From positions 48,118 to 112,117 of the forward strand of contig CAXUCL010000001.1 in the NCBI GenBank assembly GCA_964249395.1: a DNA stretch of 64,000 bases, written 5' to 3'. A program made the translations under genes and the position numbers. The DNA is from an uncultured Rhizobiaceae bacterium (GTDB lineage: Bacteria; Pseudomonadota; Alphaproteobacteria; Rhizobiales; Rhizobiaceae). The notes under the pieces were generated by a model. It saw nothing but the letters and a program-made list of their open reading frames with translations, ran no database searches and was not told where the DNA came from. Below, piece after piece: positions 32,636 through 43,064 of the stretch. The first letter of the stretch is position 1, and every line of letters starts with the position of its first letter.

Positions 32636-33688
32636 TCAACGCTCGATCTCGATCAGGATCTCGTTGCGCTTGAGGAAACCCGGCGTCCAGGGCGGGTTGT
32701 AGAAGGCGTATTCCGGATCGCCCTTCTGCTTCAGGTTTTCGTCCGCAAGGTAGTTGTAGAGCGTCATCAGCTTCTTCGACGCCATGCTGGCGCTGAAGTT
32801 GCCGGAGAACTTGATGGAAACGACCCGCTTGGCGGCGATGTCCTTCAGCGCGACGTCGGGCGTGTTCGGGGTCGGCAACGTGGCCGACGTGAACTTCTTC
32901 GGCATGACGAAGCGAATCGCCCATCCCTTCGTTTGCCCCTCCGCCTCGGACAGTTGCTGGAGCACGGGGACCGTCATCGCGATCTTCTTGCCCGACCGGT
33001 TGTTCGCCGAGATGTAATCGGCAAGTGTATTGAAACCGTCCTTGCGAGCCTTCTCGTGGTAGCCGGACTTCACGGTCTCGGCGACGATCATCGCGTCGTA
33101 GTCGCGAACCTCGATGTCGCCGTCGCGTCGCACGACGTCGTAGTCTGGCTCCTCGCTGTGATCGGCGATCTTCTTCGTCAGGTAGAGAGCGCCGCCGATG
33201 GCGAGCAGGGCGCCACCGGCGATCAACGCAGTGGTCAGGGCATCGTTGTCGCGCAACCGATCGACGCCGCGTTGCGCCTGCATGCCGCGCCGAAAACTGC
33301 CGAAGCGGGGAACGTGCGGATCGGGGAGGCGCGCCCGGGCCTCCGCCGCGGCACCCCGCAGGCTCGGCAGCGAATGGGCCCAATGCGACAGCGACGAGCG
33401 CAGGTCGCCGAGCGAGCCGGCCGCGCTCGCATAGGCCGACCCGTAGGCGGAACGCGCGTCGTCGACGGTCGGTGCGGTCCAACCACGGGCGAAGTCCGGA
33501 ACGTAACGCCATGCACCCTCCTGGTGCCCCGGCAAATGTCGCACCAGGGAACGGCGGGCTCGCTCCGGCAAGGACGGCGTCGGGCTGATCCGCTCGGCGA
33601 CCTTCTCCTCCAAGTCCGCGATACGTTCGCCGATGTCCGACAGCGCATCGGAAACGCGGCTGAGGGCCGTGGATTTGTCGCGGAACAT
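32636..33688 (-). CDS. SOUL family heme-binding protein with a long N-terminal extension and internal TM helix
   Basis: C-terminal EEPDYDVV..DGDIEVRDY, GF.TLADYI, KIAMTVPV, FVMP, YNPPWTP.FL.RNEILI. Start chosen at ATG 33688 (GGAG upstream). Confidence 0.85.
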   Translation of the reverse strand: MFRDKSTALSRVSDALSDIGERIADLEEKVAERISPTPSLPERARRSLVRHLPGHQEGAWRYVPDFARGWTAPTVDDARSAYGSAYASAAGSLGDLRSSLSHWAHSLPSLRGAAAEARARLPDPHVPRFGSFRRGMQAQRGVDRLRDNDALTTALIAGGALLAIGGALYLTKKIADHSEEPDYDVVRRDGDIEVRDYDAMIVAETVKSGYHEKARKDGFNTLADYISANNRSGKKIAMTVPVLQQLSEAEGQTKGWAIRFVMPKKFTSATLPTPNTPDVALKDIAAKRVVSIKFSGNFSASMASKKLMTLYNYLADENLKQKGDPEYAFYNPPWTPGFLKRNEILIEIER

Positions 33689-33765
33689 CTCAAACTCCAG
33701 CAGGAGCGGCGCCGGGGCCGCACGATCGTCCACGCCGACAAGACGCGCCGGGCGGGCGACGCTCT

Positions 33766-33799
33766 AACGCCGCACCATTTCCTTGGTTGCGGTGCGGCA
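33766..33799. promoter_or_regulatory. Overlapping EcfG-like promoter (minus strand) and PhaR-like box within an 8-bp inverted repeat
   Basis: Minus strand GCAAC-N16-CGTT (33790-33766); plus strand TGCGGTGCGGCA (33788-33799); inverted repeat GCCGCACC/GGTGCGGC. Confidence 0.45.
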
Positions 33800-33847
33800 C
33801 CAGTCCGCGCGTCGCCTATGCAACCATTGGGTCATTCGGGGATTTAT

Positions 33848-33914
33848 GGGCATCAGGTTTTTCATGGCCTGATACTCCAGTCGATTCAGGGCGGCTCCGG
33901 CCGCCCATTTTTTT
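33848..33914 (+). ncRNA. Candidate small RNA (5' end approximate)
   Basis: Hairpin ATCAGGT-TTTTCATG-GCCTGAT, then CTCC, then a plus-strand intrinsic terminator, although both flanking genes are on the minus strand. Confidence 0.55.
33889..33914 (+). terminator. Plus-strand intrinsic terminator with no plus-strand gene upstream
   Basis: GGGCGGC-TCCG-GCCGCCC followed by ATTTTTTT; no A-run on the other side. Confidence 0.75.
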
Positions 33915-33940
33915 GCCCGGGTTTCGAGCGGCAAGTCCCG

Positions 33941-34840
33941 TCACGCTGCGACGCGCGGGTCCTCGCGGCCTCGAGCGCCGACGGCCATGACGAATGTCGC
34001 GCCGGCGCTGGGGTCATCGGCCAAGGCTTCGTCCGTCAAGCCTTTCGACGCCGTCGTGACCAGCAGACGGTCGAGGTTCGGGCCGACGAAAGCCGGGCAG
34101 GTCGCCTGCCGTGCCGGAACGGCGATCCGACGGACGATGTCCCCGGCCGGCGTGAAGACCGTGATCTCCGCGCCACCCCAACGCGCGACCCAGACGAGGC
34201 CATCCGCGTCCGTCACGGCGCCGTCGAGTCCGGCGTCGCCGCCCGGCTCGTCGTTCGCGTCGAAGAGGACAGCCGGTTCGCCTTGCGGTAGCCCTGTCCG
34301 CGGGTCCACCAAGACCCGCAGGAGGCGGCCGTCGAAGGTGTCGGTGAAATAGGCGGTCGCACCGTCCGGCGCGAAGCAGATCGCGTTCGGAATGGTGACG
34401 TTCGCGTACAACCGCCGCAGCTCGCCATCGCGGAACCAGTAGATCGACCCGCCGCCCTTCCGCTCGTCGAGCGCCATCGTGCCAATCCACAGCGCGCCGG
34501 AGGCATGGGTGCGTCCGTCGTTGGAACGGGTCGTCGCGTCGTCCTCTTCGAGCGGGGCATGACGAAACAATGCGCCGTCGGCGATCCGGCGACGGAACAG
34601 GCCCGTGTCGGCGGCGAGCAACTGCCAGTCGTCGTCGATGAAGGAGAGCTGGCTCGCCATCCAGGGAAGCTCGTGCGAGCGCGTTTTGCCGGACGCGAAG
34701 CGGTGCTCGAACAGCGTCTTTCCGATGATATCGAACCACCACGCCGTGTCGTTCGTCCGGTCGTAGGTGGCGCCCTCGCCGAGCAGGGACGGTTCCCGCC
34801 GGAGAACTTCGACCTCGACGGTTTCAGCGCCGCTCCTCAT
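33941..34840 (-). CDS. SMP-30/gluconolactonase family sugar lactonase (galactono-/arabinonolactonase)
   Basis: LGEG..YD, RSNDGR.H.SGALWIGTM, IPNAICF, DGAVTDADG..W.A.WGG, TCPAFVG. Confidence 0.9.
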   Translation of the reverse strand: MRSGAETVEVEVLRREPSLLGEGATYDRTNDTAWWFDIIGKTLFEHRFASGKTRSHELPWMASQLSFIDDDWQLLAADTGLFRRRIADGALFRHAPLEEDDATTRSNDGRTHASGALWIGTMALDERKGGGSIYWFRDGELRRLYANVTIPNAICFAPDGATAYFTDTFDGRLLRVLVDPRTGLPQGEPAVLFDANDEPGGDAGLDGAVTDADGLVWVARWGGAEITVFTPAGDIVRRIAVPARQATCPAFVGPNLDRLLVTTASKGLTDEALADDPSAGATFVMAVGARGREDPRVAA

Positions 34841-35496
34841 GCCGCCGGCGTTCCGGCGAAGACGCGATCCCAGGCCTCCACGGCCATGCGACCGCGCGCG
34901 GCGACGTCGGCCGCGCTCATGCCGGGCTTGTAGAGGCTGGAGCCGAGGCCGAAGGCGGTGACGCCGACGGCCGCATAGGCTTCGAAGTCGCGTTCGGCCA
35001 CGCCGCCGACGACGCCGACGACCACGGCCGGGGGAAGCACGGCGCGGATGGCCGAAACACTCGTCGGCCCGAGCGTCGCGGCGGGAAAGAACTTCAACGC
35101 GGACGCACCGGCGCTCAGCGCCTGGAACGCCTCGGTCGGCGTGAAGCACCCCGGCATCGTCACCATGCCGTGCGCGCCGGCGCGTTCCAGGACCGTGGCG
35201 TCGACGTTCGGGCTGACCAGCAGCCGGCCGCCTACATCGGCGAGTCGGTTGACGGCTTCCGGTGACAGGACGGTTCCGGCTCCGATGAGGACGCCGGGCG
35301 GCGCGAGACGTGCGGCCCGCTCGATCGAATCGAAGGGCTCGGGCGAATTTAACGGGATCTCGATCGCCTCGAAGCCGACCTCGATCAAGCCGCCGACGAC
35401 GGCTTCCGCTTCCGAGGGCTGCAGGCCGCGCAGGATGGCGACCAGCGAGCGCTTGAGCCTCGGCCATGGAACCGTCGGCGAGAACGAAGGCGCCAT
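34837..35496 (-). CDS. dgoA: 2-dehydro-3-deoxy-6-phosphogalactonate aldolase
   Basis: LVAILRG, IEIPLNSP.PF.SI, IGAGTVL, TPTEAF, LKFFPA, GLGSSLYKPG; follows dgoK. Confidence 0.92.
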   Translation of the reverse strand: MAPSFSPTVPWPRLKRSLVAILRGLQPSEAEAVVGGLIEVGFEAIEIPLNSPEPFDSIERAARLAPPGVLIGAGTVLSPEAVNRLADVGGRLLVSPNVDATVLERAGAHGMVTMPGCFTPTEAFQALSAGASALKFFPAATLGPTSVSAIRAVLPPAVVVGVVGGVAERDFEAYAAVGVTAFGLGSSLYKPGMSAADVAARGRMAVEAWDRVFAGTPAA

Positions 35497-35499
35497 TTC

Positions 35500-36447
35500 C
35501 TATGAACCCTTCGCCGTTTCGCCGAAACAAACGCGTGCCGCTTGCAGCAGGCCGCGCCTCACCGCGTCGTCCGCGTCCGCAGCCGAAACGGCCAGGCCGG
35601 TCGCCTCGAAGGCGACGGCATAGAGATCGGCCAGCGGTCCGGCGGCCGCGAGGGTCACCGCGTCGGCCGCCGAAAGCATGGCGCGGGCACCGGCGATCTC
35701 GGATCCGATCAGGAGGCCGGACAAGCGCGCCGCCGCTTCCTCGGGCGGCGCCAGCGACAGAAGGCCGGCAGCACGCAGGGCGAACAGGCGGTTCAACAAC
35801 GCCGCCGGCACGGCAAGTCCGTCGCGCACGCCGGCCGTGAAAGCCTCGGGATGGGCGATCGCGTCACGGTCGGCGCCGATCGTGTGGCGAAGGATCGACT
35901 GCCCGGCCAAGACGGCGAAAACCTCGCCGGTCATGAAGGTCGAGAACGCTTCGATCCGGCCGTTCGACACCAAAATCCACTTGGAATGCGTGCCTGGCAG
36001 GCAGACGAGCCCTTCGACACCGAGCCCGAGCACCTGCGTTTCCTCACCGCGCATCACGTCGGGACGTTCCGGATCGCGCTGGGCGATGCCTGGCAGTATT
36101 CGTACGTCCCGGGCGAGCCCCGGCACCGGCGTCGCAGCGGCCGCAATGGCGGACAGCTTCGCGGGAGCGTCGAGGTAGGGAACTTCGAGCCAGCCCTGCC
36201 GCGCGCCGGCCATGCCGCAGACGATCGTCGGCAGGTCGGGCGGCGCGCCGAGCGAGGCGAGGTGGGTTTCGAGGATCGACTGGAACCCGCCGGCCGCCAC
36301 CGCCGACGCCATGCCTTCGCGCGAGCGCTTTTCGCCCAGTACGGCTCCTTCGCCGCCGAGCAGCCATAGGCGAAAGCTCGACGTGCCCCAGTCGACAGCC
36401 GCGCAAAACGGAGGTCCGGAAGCCGCCGTGATCAATGCCGCGCTCAA
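35500..36447 (-). CDS. dgoK: 2-dehydro-3-deoxygalactonokinase
   Basis: [60 protein letters not shown] start overlapping the upstream stop is approximate. Confidence 0.93.
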   Translation of the reverse strand: MSAALITAASGPPFCAAVDWGTSSFRLWLLGGEGAVLGEKRSREGMASAVAAGGFQSILETHLASLGAPPDLPTIVCGMAGARQGWLEVPYLDAPAKLSAIAAAATPVPGLARDVRILPGIAQRDPERPDVMRGEETQVLGLGVEGLVCLPGTHSKWILVSNGRIEAFSTFMTGEVFAVLAGQSILRHTIGADRDAIAHPEAFTAGVRDGLAVPAALLNRLFALRAAGLLSLAPPEEAAARLSGLLIGSEIAGARAMLSAADAVTLAAAGPLADLYAVAFEATGLAVSAADADDAVRRGLLQAARVCFGETAKGS

Positions 36448-38246
36448 TGGTTGTCGCGTGGCAGGCCCTTGGTCTGGGCGATGCGTTGGTAGGCGACGGC
36501 CGGCTCCAGCACGGCGCCGGTGGCAAGTTGCCCGACATAGGCGCGCTGCAGCTCCTGCCAGGGCGTTTGATGATCCGGATACCTGTAGCCGCCGGCCGCC
36601 TCCAGCGCGGCGCGGCGCCCGGCCAACTCGGCGTCGGTGATCAAGATGTCCGCCGTGCCCTTTCTCAGGTCGATGCGAACGCGGTCGCCGGTTTGCAGCA
36701 GCGCCAGTCCGCCGCCCGCCGCCGCTTCCGGCGAGGCGTTGAGGATCGACGGCGAGCCCGACGTGCCCGACTGCCGGCCGTCGCCGATGCAGGCGAGCGA
36801 GGTCACGCCCCGCTTGATGAGGTAGTCGGGCGCACGCATGTTCACCACTTCCGCCGCGCCCGGATAGCCGATTGGCCCGGCGCCGCGCATAAAAAGCACC
36901 GTTTGCTCGTCGATCCCCAGCGCCGGGTCGTCGATGCGGCGATGGTAGTCTTCCGGCCCATCGAACACGACGGCGCGTCCCTCGAAGGCGTCGGGATCGT
37001 TCTCGTTCGAAAGGTAGCGCGCACGGAACTCGTCCGAGATGACCGACAATTTCATGATCGCGGAGTCGAACAGGTTGCCGCGCAGGATGCGGAAGCCGGC
37101 GTGCCGCTTCAACGGCAGGTCGAAGGACTTGATGACGTTCGCGTCCTCGATCTTTGCGTCCCGGCAGTTCTCGCCGATCGTGCGGCCGTTCACCGTCATC
37201 GCGTCTTCCACGATGAGGCCTTGGCCCATCAGCTGATTGACGACCGCCGGTACGCCGCCGGCGTGGTAGTAGTCCTCGCCGAGATATTCGCCGGCCGGCT
37301 GCAGGTTCACCAGGAGTGGGATCGCTTCGCCGAAGGTCTGCCAGTCGTCGATGGAGAGCTCGACGCCGACGTGGCGAGCCAAGGCGTTGAGGTGGATCGG
37401 CGCGTTGGTGGAGCCACCGATGGCGGTGTTGACCCGGATGGCGTTGATGAAGGCGTCGCGCGTCAGGATGTCGGACGGCTTCAGGTCTTCGTGGACCATC
37501 TCCACGATGCGCTTGCCGGTGTAGTAGGAGATCTCCTGCCGGTCGCGGTAGGGGGCGGGAATCGCCGCCGAGCCAGGCAGTTGCATTCCGAGCGCCTCGG
37601 CCAGCGAGTTCATCGTCGTCGCCGTGCCCATCGTGTTGCAGTAGCCGGTGGACGGCGAGGAGGACGAGACGAGCTTGATGAAGCCCTTCTCGTCGATTTC
37701 GCCGGCGGCGAGCAGCTCGCGCGCCTTCCAGACGATCGTGCCCGAGCCGGTGCGCGCGCCGCGGAACCAGCCGTTCAGCATCGGTCCGACGGACAGCGCG
37801 ATCGCCGGAATGTTGACCGTCGCGGCTGCCATCAGGCAGGCCGGCGTGGTCTTGTCGCAGCCGATCGTGAGCACGACGCCGTCGAGCGGATAGCCGTAGA
37901 GCACCTCCACCAGCGCGAGATAGGCGAGGTTGCGGTCGAGCCCGGCGGTCGGGCGCTTGCCGGTTTCCTGGATCGGATGGACGGGAAACTCGAGCGGAAC
38001 GCCGCCCGCCTCGCGGATGCCGTCGCGCACCCGCTTGGCGAGTTCCAGGTGGTGACGGTTGCACGGCGACAGGTCGGAGCCGGTCTGCGCGATGCCGATG
38101 ATCGGCATGCCGGACTGCATCTCCTCCTGGCTCAAGCCGAAGTTCAGGTAACGCTCGAGGTAGAGCGCCGTCATGTCGATGTTGGCCGGGTTGTCGAACC
38201 AGGCGCGGGAGCGGAGCGTCGGGGACGGATCGTTGGGTTTCAGCAT
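36444..38246 (-). CDS. IlvD/Edd-family sugar-acid dehydratase (probably galactonate dehydratase)
   Basis: [39 protein letters not shown]; located in the dgo operon. Confidence 0.88.
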   Translation of the reverse strand: MLKPNDPSPTLRSRAWFDNPANIDMTALYLERYLNFGLSQEEMQSGMPIIGIAQTGSDLSPCNRHHLELAKRVRDGIREAGGVPLEFPVHPIQETGKRPTAGLDRNLAYLALVEVLYGYPLDGVVLTIGCDKTTPACLMAAATVNIPAIALSVGPMLNGWFRGARTGSGTIVWKARELLAAGEIDEKGFIKLVSSSSPSTGYCNTMGTATTMNSLAEALGMQLPGSAAIPAPYRDRQEISYYTGKRIVEMVHEDLKPSDILTRDAFINAIRVNTAIGGSTNAPIHLNALARHVGVELSIDDWQTFGEAIPLLVNLQPAGEYLGEDYYHAGGVPAVVNQLMGQGLIVEDAMTVNGRTIGENCRDAKIEDANVIKSFDLPLKRHAGFRILRGNLFDSAIMKLSVISDEFRARYLSNENDPDAFEGRAVVFDGPEDYHRRIDDPALGIDEQTVLFMRGAGPIGYPGAAEVVNMRAPDYLIKRGVTSLACIGDGRQSGTSGSPSILNASPEAAAGGGLALLQTGDRVRIDLRKGTADILITDAELAGRRAALEAAGGYRYPDHQTPWQELQRAYVGQLATGAVLEPAVAYQRIAQTKGLPRDNH

Positions 38247-38292
38247 GGCGGACGGCTTCTCGAACGGTTCGGTGATGCGGAGCGGACGGTCG

Positions 38293-39216
38293 TCATTGGA
38301 ATCCCTCCACCGTTTCCCGGCGTCCGAGCATGAACGCGTCGGCGACGAGGGTGAGGGGACTCAAATCCACGTCCGATCGGTTGGCACCGGCAAGCTCGAG
38401 AAAACGAGCGTAGATGCCGGGATACTCGCGGTCTCGTCCGTCCACCAGCGTTTCGCCGTCGATCGCCAGAACCGATCCGCCCTTCGACACGACCAGGTGC
38501 CCCTTGTCGGCTTCGACGTCGATGTCCCAGCTTTGCGGCCCGGTCTGCCGCCAGTCGAACTCCGCTGAGATCGCCGTGCCGGTGGCGTCGGAGAACGCGA
38601 GATCGGCTGCGATGGGCGTCGCGCGGTTCGCCGGGAACCGGAGCGTCGAGCGCGTCAGATGGATCGGGCGCGGCATGATGGCGGTGACGATCGACAACGC
38701 GTTGATGCCGGGGTCGAACACGCCGAGGCCGCCCGGCTCCCAGATCCAGTCCTGCCCGGGGTGCCAATGGCGCACGTCTTCCTTCCAGATGACGGCGACG
38801 GATCGGATCGCGGCGTCGGCGAGCCAGGCGCGGGCGGGCTCGACGCCGTCGGCGAAACGCGAATGCCAGGTCGCGAACAGCGTCCGATCCGCCCGCCGCG
38901 CCGCTTCGGCGAGCGGCGCGATCTCGGCGAGCGTCGCGCCGGGCGGCTTCTCCAATACGACGTGCTTGCCCGCCCTGATCGCTGCGTGCGCGAAGGGCAG
39001 TCGCGCGGTCGGCGGCGTGCAGAGCGACACGGCGTCGATCTCCGGCATCGCGCGAAGCATCTCGTCGAAGTCTTGGAAGTTTCGGACGTTCTCCAGCGTC
39101 GCGTTGCGGCTGCAGGCCGCGACGAGCTCCAACCCGTCGGTGCCTGCGATCGCCGGGACATGCTGGTCGCGTGCGATCTTTCCGACCCCGACGAGGGCGA
39201 TGCGAAGGGTCGTCAT
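38293..39216 (-). CDS. Gfo/Idh/MocA oxidoreductase, galactose/L-arabinose 1-dehydrogenase
   Basis: [46 protein letters not shown]. Confidence 0.88.
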   Translation of the reverse strand: MTTLRIALVGVGKIARDQHVPAIAGTDGLELVAACSRNATLENVRNFQDFDEMLRAMPEIDAVSLCTPPTARLPFAHAAIRAGKHVVLEKPPGATLAEIAPLAEAARRADRTLFATWHSRFADGVEPARAWLADAAIRSVAVIWKEDVRHWHPGQDWIWEPGGLGVFDPGINALSIVTAIMPRPIHLTRSTLRFPANRATPIAADLAFSDATGTAISAEFDWRQTGPQSWDIDVEADKGHLVVSKGGSVLAIDGETLVDGRDREYPGIYARFLELAGANRSDVDLSPLTLVADAFMLGRRETVEGFQ

Positions 39217-40013
39217 GACGGGCTGCCGATGGCTTCGATCCGCGGACGCCCGACCATCGGCCTGCCGGTCGAGGCGACCGTGCCCGATCGCACCTCCTCG
39301 CTTCCCGGAAAAAGGGACGCGATGACGTCGCTGCAGGCGCTTTCCACGAGCTGGCGCATGAAGAGCGCCGCCGCGTCGCCGTCGCCACGCTTGACCGCCT
39401 CGAACACGCGCGCGTGCTGGTTCACCGTCTCCACCTGTGGGTTCTGCCGCCAGCTCAGGGAGAAGGAGATGGCGAGGCTGCGCTCGATCACCGTGCCGAG
39501 CGTGCGCAGGATTGGATTGCCGGTCGCTTCCAGGATGACGCGGTGGAAGGCGAGGTCCGCGGCGACGAGTTCGGCGGAGCCGCGCGGATGGGTTTCCATG
39601 CCGAGCAGCGCGTCGGCGAGCGCGTCGGACTGCGCTTCCGTCATGCGCACGGCGGCGAGGCGGGCCGCTTCCGGCTCGTTGATCAGCCGCATCTCGTAGA
39701 GCGCCTCGATGAAGGAACGGCGCGCCGACTTCGTCAGGTGCCAATGAAGGATGTCCGGATCGAGCATGTTCCAGTCCGTGCTCGGCCGAACGCGAGTCCC
39801 GACCTTCGGACCGACCGTCAGGAGGCCCTTCGAGGCGAGATGGCGAATGGCTTCCCGGACCACGGTGCGGGACACGCCGTGCCGCGACTGGATTTCCCCC
39901 TCCGTCGGCAGGGCGGCGCCGACCTGCCATTCACCCGACACGATGCGGCAGCCGAGCTCGGCCGCGAGAGCGAGCGTGCGATTGCCGGTGCGAGGTTTCG
40001 GCGTCGTCCTCAT
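39213..40013 (-). CDS. GntR/FadR-family transcriptional regulator
   Basis: LPTE......GVSRTVVREAIR.L..KGL...PKVGTRV, WNMLDP; FCD domain (ADL.FH, ATGN). Confidence 0.9.
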   Translation of the reverse strand: MRTTPKPRTGNRTLALAAELGCRIVSGEWQVGAALPTEGEIQSRHGVSRTVVREAIRHLASKGLLTVGPKVGTRVRPSTDWNMLDPDILHWHLTKSARRSFIEALYEMRLINEPEAARLAAVRMTEAQSDALADALLGMETHPRGSAELVAADLAFHRVILEATGNPILRTLGTVIERSLAISFSLSWRQNPQVETVNQHARVFEAVKRGDGDAAALFMRQLVESACSDVIASLFPGSEEVRSGTVASTGRPMVGRPRIEAIGSPS

Positions 40014-40120
40014 CTGTCTCGTCCTGCGAGCGCGCTCGATACGCCGCGGCGCCCGCTGCGACCCCATCATCGCGCTCGGCCGCAGGCGTGGCAACGGCTC
40101 GACCGGCAGTGTCCCGCAAT

Positions 40121-40177
40121 TGATACGATGATACATCGACGGCGGTCTTGACAGCCGTTCGGATCGAAATCAAGACT
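40121..40177 (+). promoter_or_regulatory. Putative operator and sigma70 promoter of chvE
   Basis: TGATAC direct repeat (40121, 40129) and palindrome CGATG-ATA-CATCG (40126-40138), followed by TTGACA (40148-40153)-N17-CAAGACT. Confidence 0.4.
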
Positions 40178-40337
40178 TGGGGCAGATCAATCGCCTGCCT
40201 GTCCGTCGGGAGGACGCATCGGCAGTCCGGAGGCTGGAACGGCGACGGATCGAAGGTCTCGCGACCATTCGGCTTAAGAGCGCGACGCTGTCCCAGAAGG
40301 GCGGCCGCGCCGGCTTTGCGCCACAAGGGGAGTATCA

Positions 40338-41405
40338 ATGAAGTCCATCAAGATGTTGCTGACCGGCGCCGCGCTCGGTCTGGCGCTCGTCGCGTCCGGC
40401 GCCTTCGCGCAGGAGAAGGGCACCGTCGGCGTGCTGATGCCGACCAAGGCGTCGGCCCGTTGGATTGCCGACGGCGACAACATCGTGAAGCAGTTGCAGG
40501 AGCGCGGCTACACGACGGACTTGCAGTATGCGGAGGACGACATCCCGACGCAGATCAGCCAGATGGAGAACATGGTGGCCGGCAACGTCAAGACGCTGGT
40601 GATCGCCTCCATCGACGGCACGACGCTGACCGACGTGTTGCAGCAGGCCGCCGACAAGGGCATCAAGGTCATCGCCTACGACCGCTTGATCCGCAACTCG
40701 CCCAACGTCGACTACTACACGACGTTCGACAACTTCCAGGTCGGCGTCTTGCAGGGCCAAGCCATCGCCGAGAAGCTCGGCCTCGCCACCAATCCCGGCC
40801 CCTTCAACATCGAGCTGTTCGGCGGCTCGCCGGACGACAACAACGCCTTCTTCTTCTACAACGGCGCGATGAGCGTCTTGCAGCCCTACATCGACGAGAA
40901 GAAGCTGGTGGTGCAGTCCGGCGAAACCGGCATGGACAAGGTCGGCACCCTGCGCTGGGACCCGGCGGTCGCGCAGTCGCGCATGGACAACTTGCTGTCG
41001 TCCTACTACGGCGACAAGAACGTCGACGCGGTGCTCTCGCCCTATGACGGCCTGTCGATCGGCATCATCTCGGCGCTGACGGCGGTCGGCTACGGCTCCG
41101 GCGACAAGCCGATGCCGGTCGTGTCCGGCCAGGACGCCGAGGTCCCGTCGACGAAATCGATCCAGAACGGCCAGCAGTACTCGACGATCTTCAAGGACAC
41201 GCGCGAACTCGCCAAGGTCACCGTCGACATGATCGACGCGATCGGCCAGGGCAAGGAACCGCAGGTCAACGACACCAAGACCTACGAGAACGGCGTCAAG
41301 GTCGTGCCGTCGTACCTCCTGAAGCCGGTGCTCGTCACGAAGGAGAACGTCAAGTCGACGCTCGTCGATTCGGGCTACTACACCGCCGAGCAGATCGCGC
41401 CCTGA
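40338..41405 (+). CDS. chvE: Multiple-monosaccharide ABC transporter binding protein ChvE/SbpA
   Basis: Signal peptide; [54 protein letters not shown]. Confidence 0.94.
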   Translation: MKSIKMLLTGAALGLALVASGAFAQEKGTVGVLMPTKASARWIADGDNIVKQLQERGYTTDLQYAEDDIPTQISQMENMVAGNVKTLVIASIDGTTLTDVLQQAADKGIKVIAYDRLIRNSPNVDYYTTFDNFQVGVLQGQAIAEKLGLATNPGPFNIELFGGSPDDNNAFFFYNGAMSVLQPYIDEKKLVVQSGETGMDKVGTLRWDPAVAQSRMDNLLSSYYGDKNVDAVLSPYDGLSIGIISALTAVGYGSGDKPMPVVSGQDAEVPSTKSIQNGQQYSTIFKDTRELAKVTVDMIDAIGQGKEPQVNDTKTYENGVKVVPSYLLKPVLVTKENVKSTLVDSGYYTAEQIAP

Positions 41406-41421
41406 TCCAGAACCTCTGGTC

Positions 41422-41450
41422 CCGGCGCGGCGCTACGGCCGCCGCGCCGG
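41422..41450 (+). other. Intercistronic stem-loop after chvE (mRNA-stabilising/attenuating type)
   Basis: CCGGCGCGGCG (41422-41432) pairs with CGCCGCGCCGG (41440-41450); no U-tract. Confidence 0.5.
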
Positions 41451-41528
41451 AGAGCCGAACACGTCGTCGGCTGGCGCGCATTTTGCGCCGGCCGGCGATG
41501 AAACAGCAGCGGTTGCCGGGAGAAGCAG

Positions 41529-43064
41529 ATGGCGCCCATCCTCGAAATGCGCGGCATCACCAAGACGTTTCCGGGCGTCAAGGCCCTCGAAAACGTCAAC
41601 CTGACCGTCCAAACGGGCGAGATCCACGCGATCTGCGGCGAGAACGGCGCCGGCAAGTCGACGCTGATGAAGGTGCTGTCGGGGGTCTACCCGCACGGCA
41701 CCTACGAAGGCGACATCGTCTACGACGGCGAGGTCCGCACCTTTCGCGACATCCGCGACAGCGAGCATGTCGGCATCATCATCATCCACCAGGAGCTCGC
41801 GCTCGTCCCGCTCCTGTCGATCGCCGAGAACATCTTCCTCGGCAACGAAGTCTCGCGCCGCGGGGTCATCGACTGGAACGAGGCGTTCCGGCGCACCGCC
41901 GAGCTGCTCGCGCAGGTCGGCCTGAACGAAGCACCGACGACGCTGATCAAGGACATCGGCGTCGGCAAGCAGCAGCTCGTCGAGATCGCCAAGGCGCTGT
42001 CGAAGAAGGTGCGGCTGCTGATCCTCGACGAGCCGACGGCGAGCCTCAACGAGCGCGACAGCCAAGCGCTGCTCGACCTGCTGCTCGGCTTCAAGGCCAA
42101 GGGCCTGACCTCGATCATGATCAGCCACAAGCTGAACGAGATTTCCCGCGTCGCCGACTCGATCACGGTGATCCGCGACGGCTCGACCGTTTCGACGCTC
42201 GACTGCAAAGCGGGCGTCAGCGAGGACCGCATCATCCGCGACATGGTCGGCCGGCAGCTCGACGATCGCTACCCGCCGCGCCACCCGAACATCGGCGAGC
42301 TCCTGTTCGAGGTGAAGAACTGGAACGCCTTCCATCACCTCAACACGCAGCGGCAGATCGTCAAGGACGTGTCGTTCAACGTCAGGAAGGGCGAGATCGT
42401 CGGCGTCGCGGGGCTGATGGGCGCCGGGCGGACGGAGCTTGCCATGAGCGTGTTCGGCCGATCCTATGGCCGCAACGTCTCCGGCGAGGCACGGATGCAC
42501 GGGCGGCCGATCGACGTGTCGACCATCTCGAAGGCGATCGAAGCCGGTCTCGCCTACGTGACGGAGGACCGCAAGCAGTACGGCCTGCTGCTCGAGGACG
42601 ACATCCGCCAGAACATCTCGCTCGCCAACCTGGCAGGCATCGCGAAGAGCGGCGTCGTCGACGAGGAGCGAGAGCGGCAGGTCGCGGAGGAGTACCGCGG
42701 CAACCTGCGCATCCGCTCGGCGAACATCTTCCAGAAGGCGTTGAACCTGTCCGGCGGCAACCAGCAGAAGGTCGTCCTGTCGAAGTGGCTGTTCTCGAAC
42801 CCGGAACTGCTGATCCTCGACGAGCCGACGCGCGGCATCGACGTCGGCGCGAAGTTCGAGATCTACTCGATCATCGAGCGGCTCGCGAGCGAGGGCAAGG
42901 GCATCCTGATGATCTCGTCCGAGATGCCTGAACTGCTCGGCATGTGCGACCGGATCTACGTCATGAACGAGGGCCGCTTCGTGGCCGAGATGCCGCGAGG
43001 CGAGGCGACGCAGGAGAGCATCATGCGCGCCATCATCCGGACCGCGGGAAGGAGTGCTGCATGA
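41529..43064 (+). CDS. mmsA: Multiple-monosaccharide ABC transporter ATPase (MmsA/GguA)
   Basis: [50 protein letters not shown]. Confidence 0.94.
   Translation: MAPILEMRGITKTFPGVKALENVNLTVQTGEIHAICGENGAGKSTLMKVLSGVYPHGTYEGDIVYDGEVRTFRDIRDSEHVGIIIIHQELALVPLLSIAENIFLGNEVSRRGVIDWNEAFRRTAELLAQVGLNEAPTTLIKDIGVGKQQLVEIAKALSKKVRLLILDEPTASLNERDSQALLDLLLGFKAKGLTSIMISHKLNEISRVADSITVIRDGSTVSTLDCKAGVSEDRIIRDMVGRQLDDRYPPRHPNIGELLFEVKNWNAFHHLNTQRQIVKDVSFNVRKGEIVGVAGLMGAGRTELAMSVFGRSYGRNVSGEARMHGRPIDVSTISKAIEAGLAYVTEDRKQYGLLLEDDIRQNISLANLAGIAKSGVVDEERERQVAEEYRGNLRIRSANIFQKALNLSGGNQQKVVLSKWLFSNPELLILDEPTRGIDVGAKFEIYSIIERLASEGKGILMISSEMPELLGMCDRIYVMNEGRFVAEMPRGEATQESIMRAIIRTAGRSAA

Noticed and set aside
33764-33865. 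Minus-strand 33-aa ORF MKNLMPINPRMTQWLHRRRADWCRTATKEMVRR with a GGAG RBS, antisense to the candidate sRNA (type I toxin-antitoxin-like layout)
   Set aside because: Rare codons (ATA, CGA, AGG, CAA), no hydrophobic helix, and it runs over the promoter motifs. Better explained as the complement of the sRNA anti-RBS segment, though not excluded without ribosome profiling.
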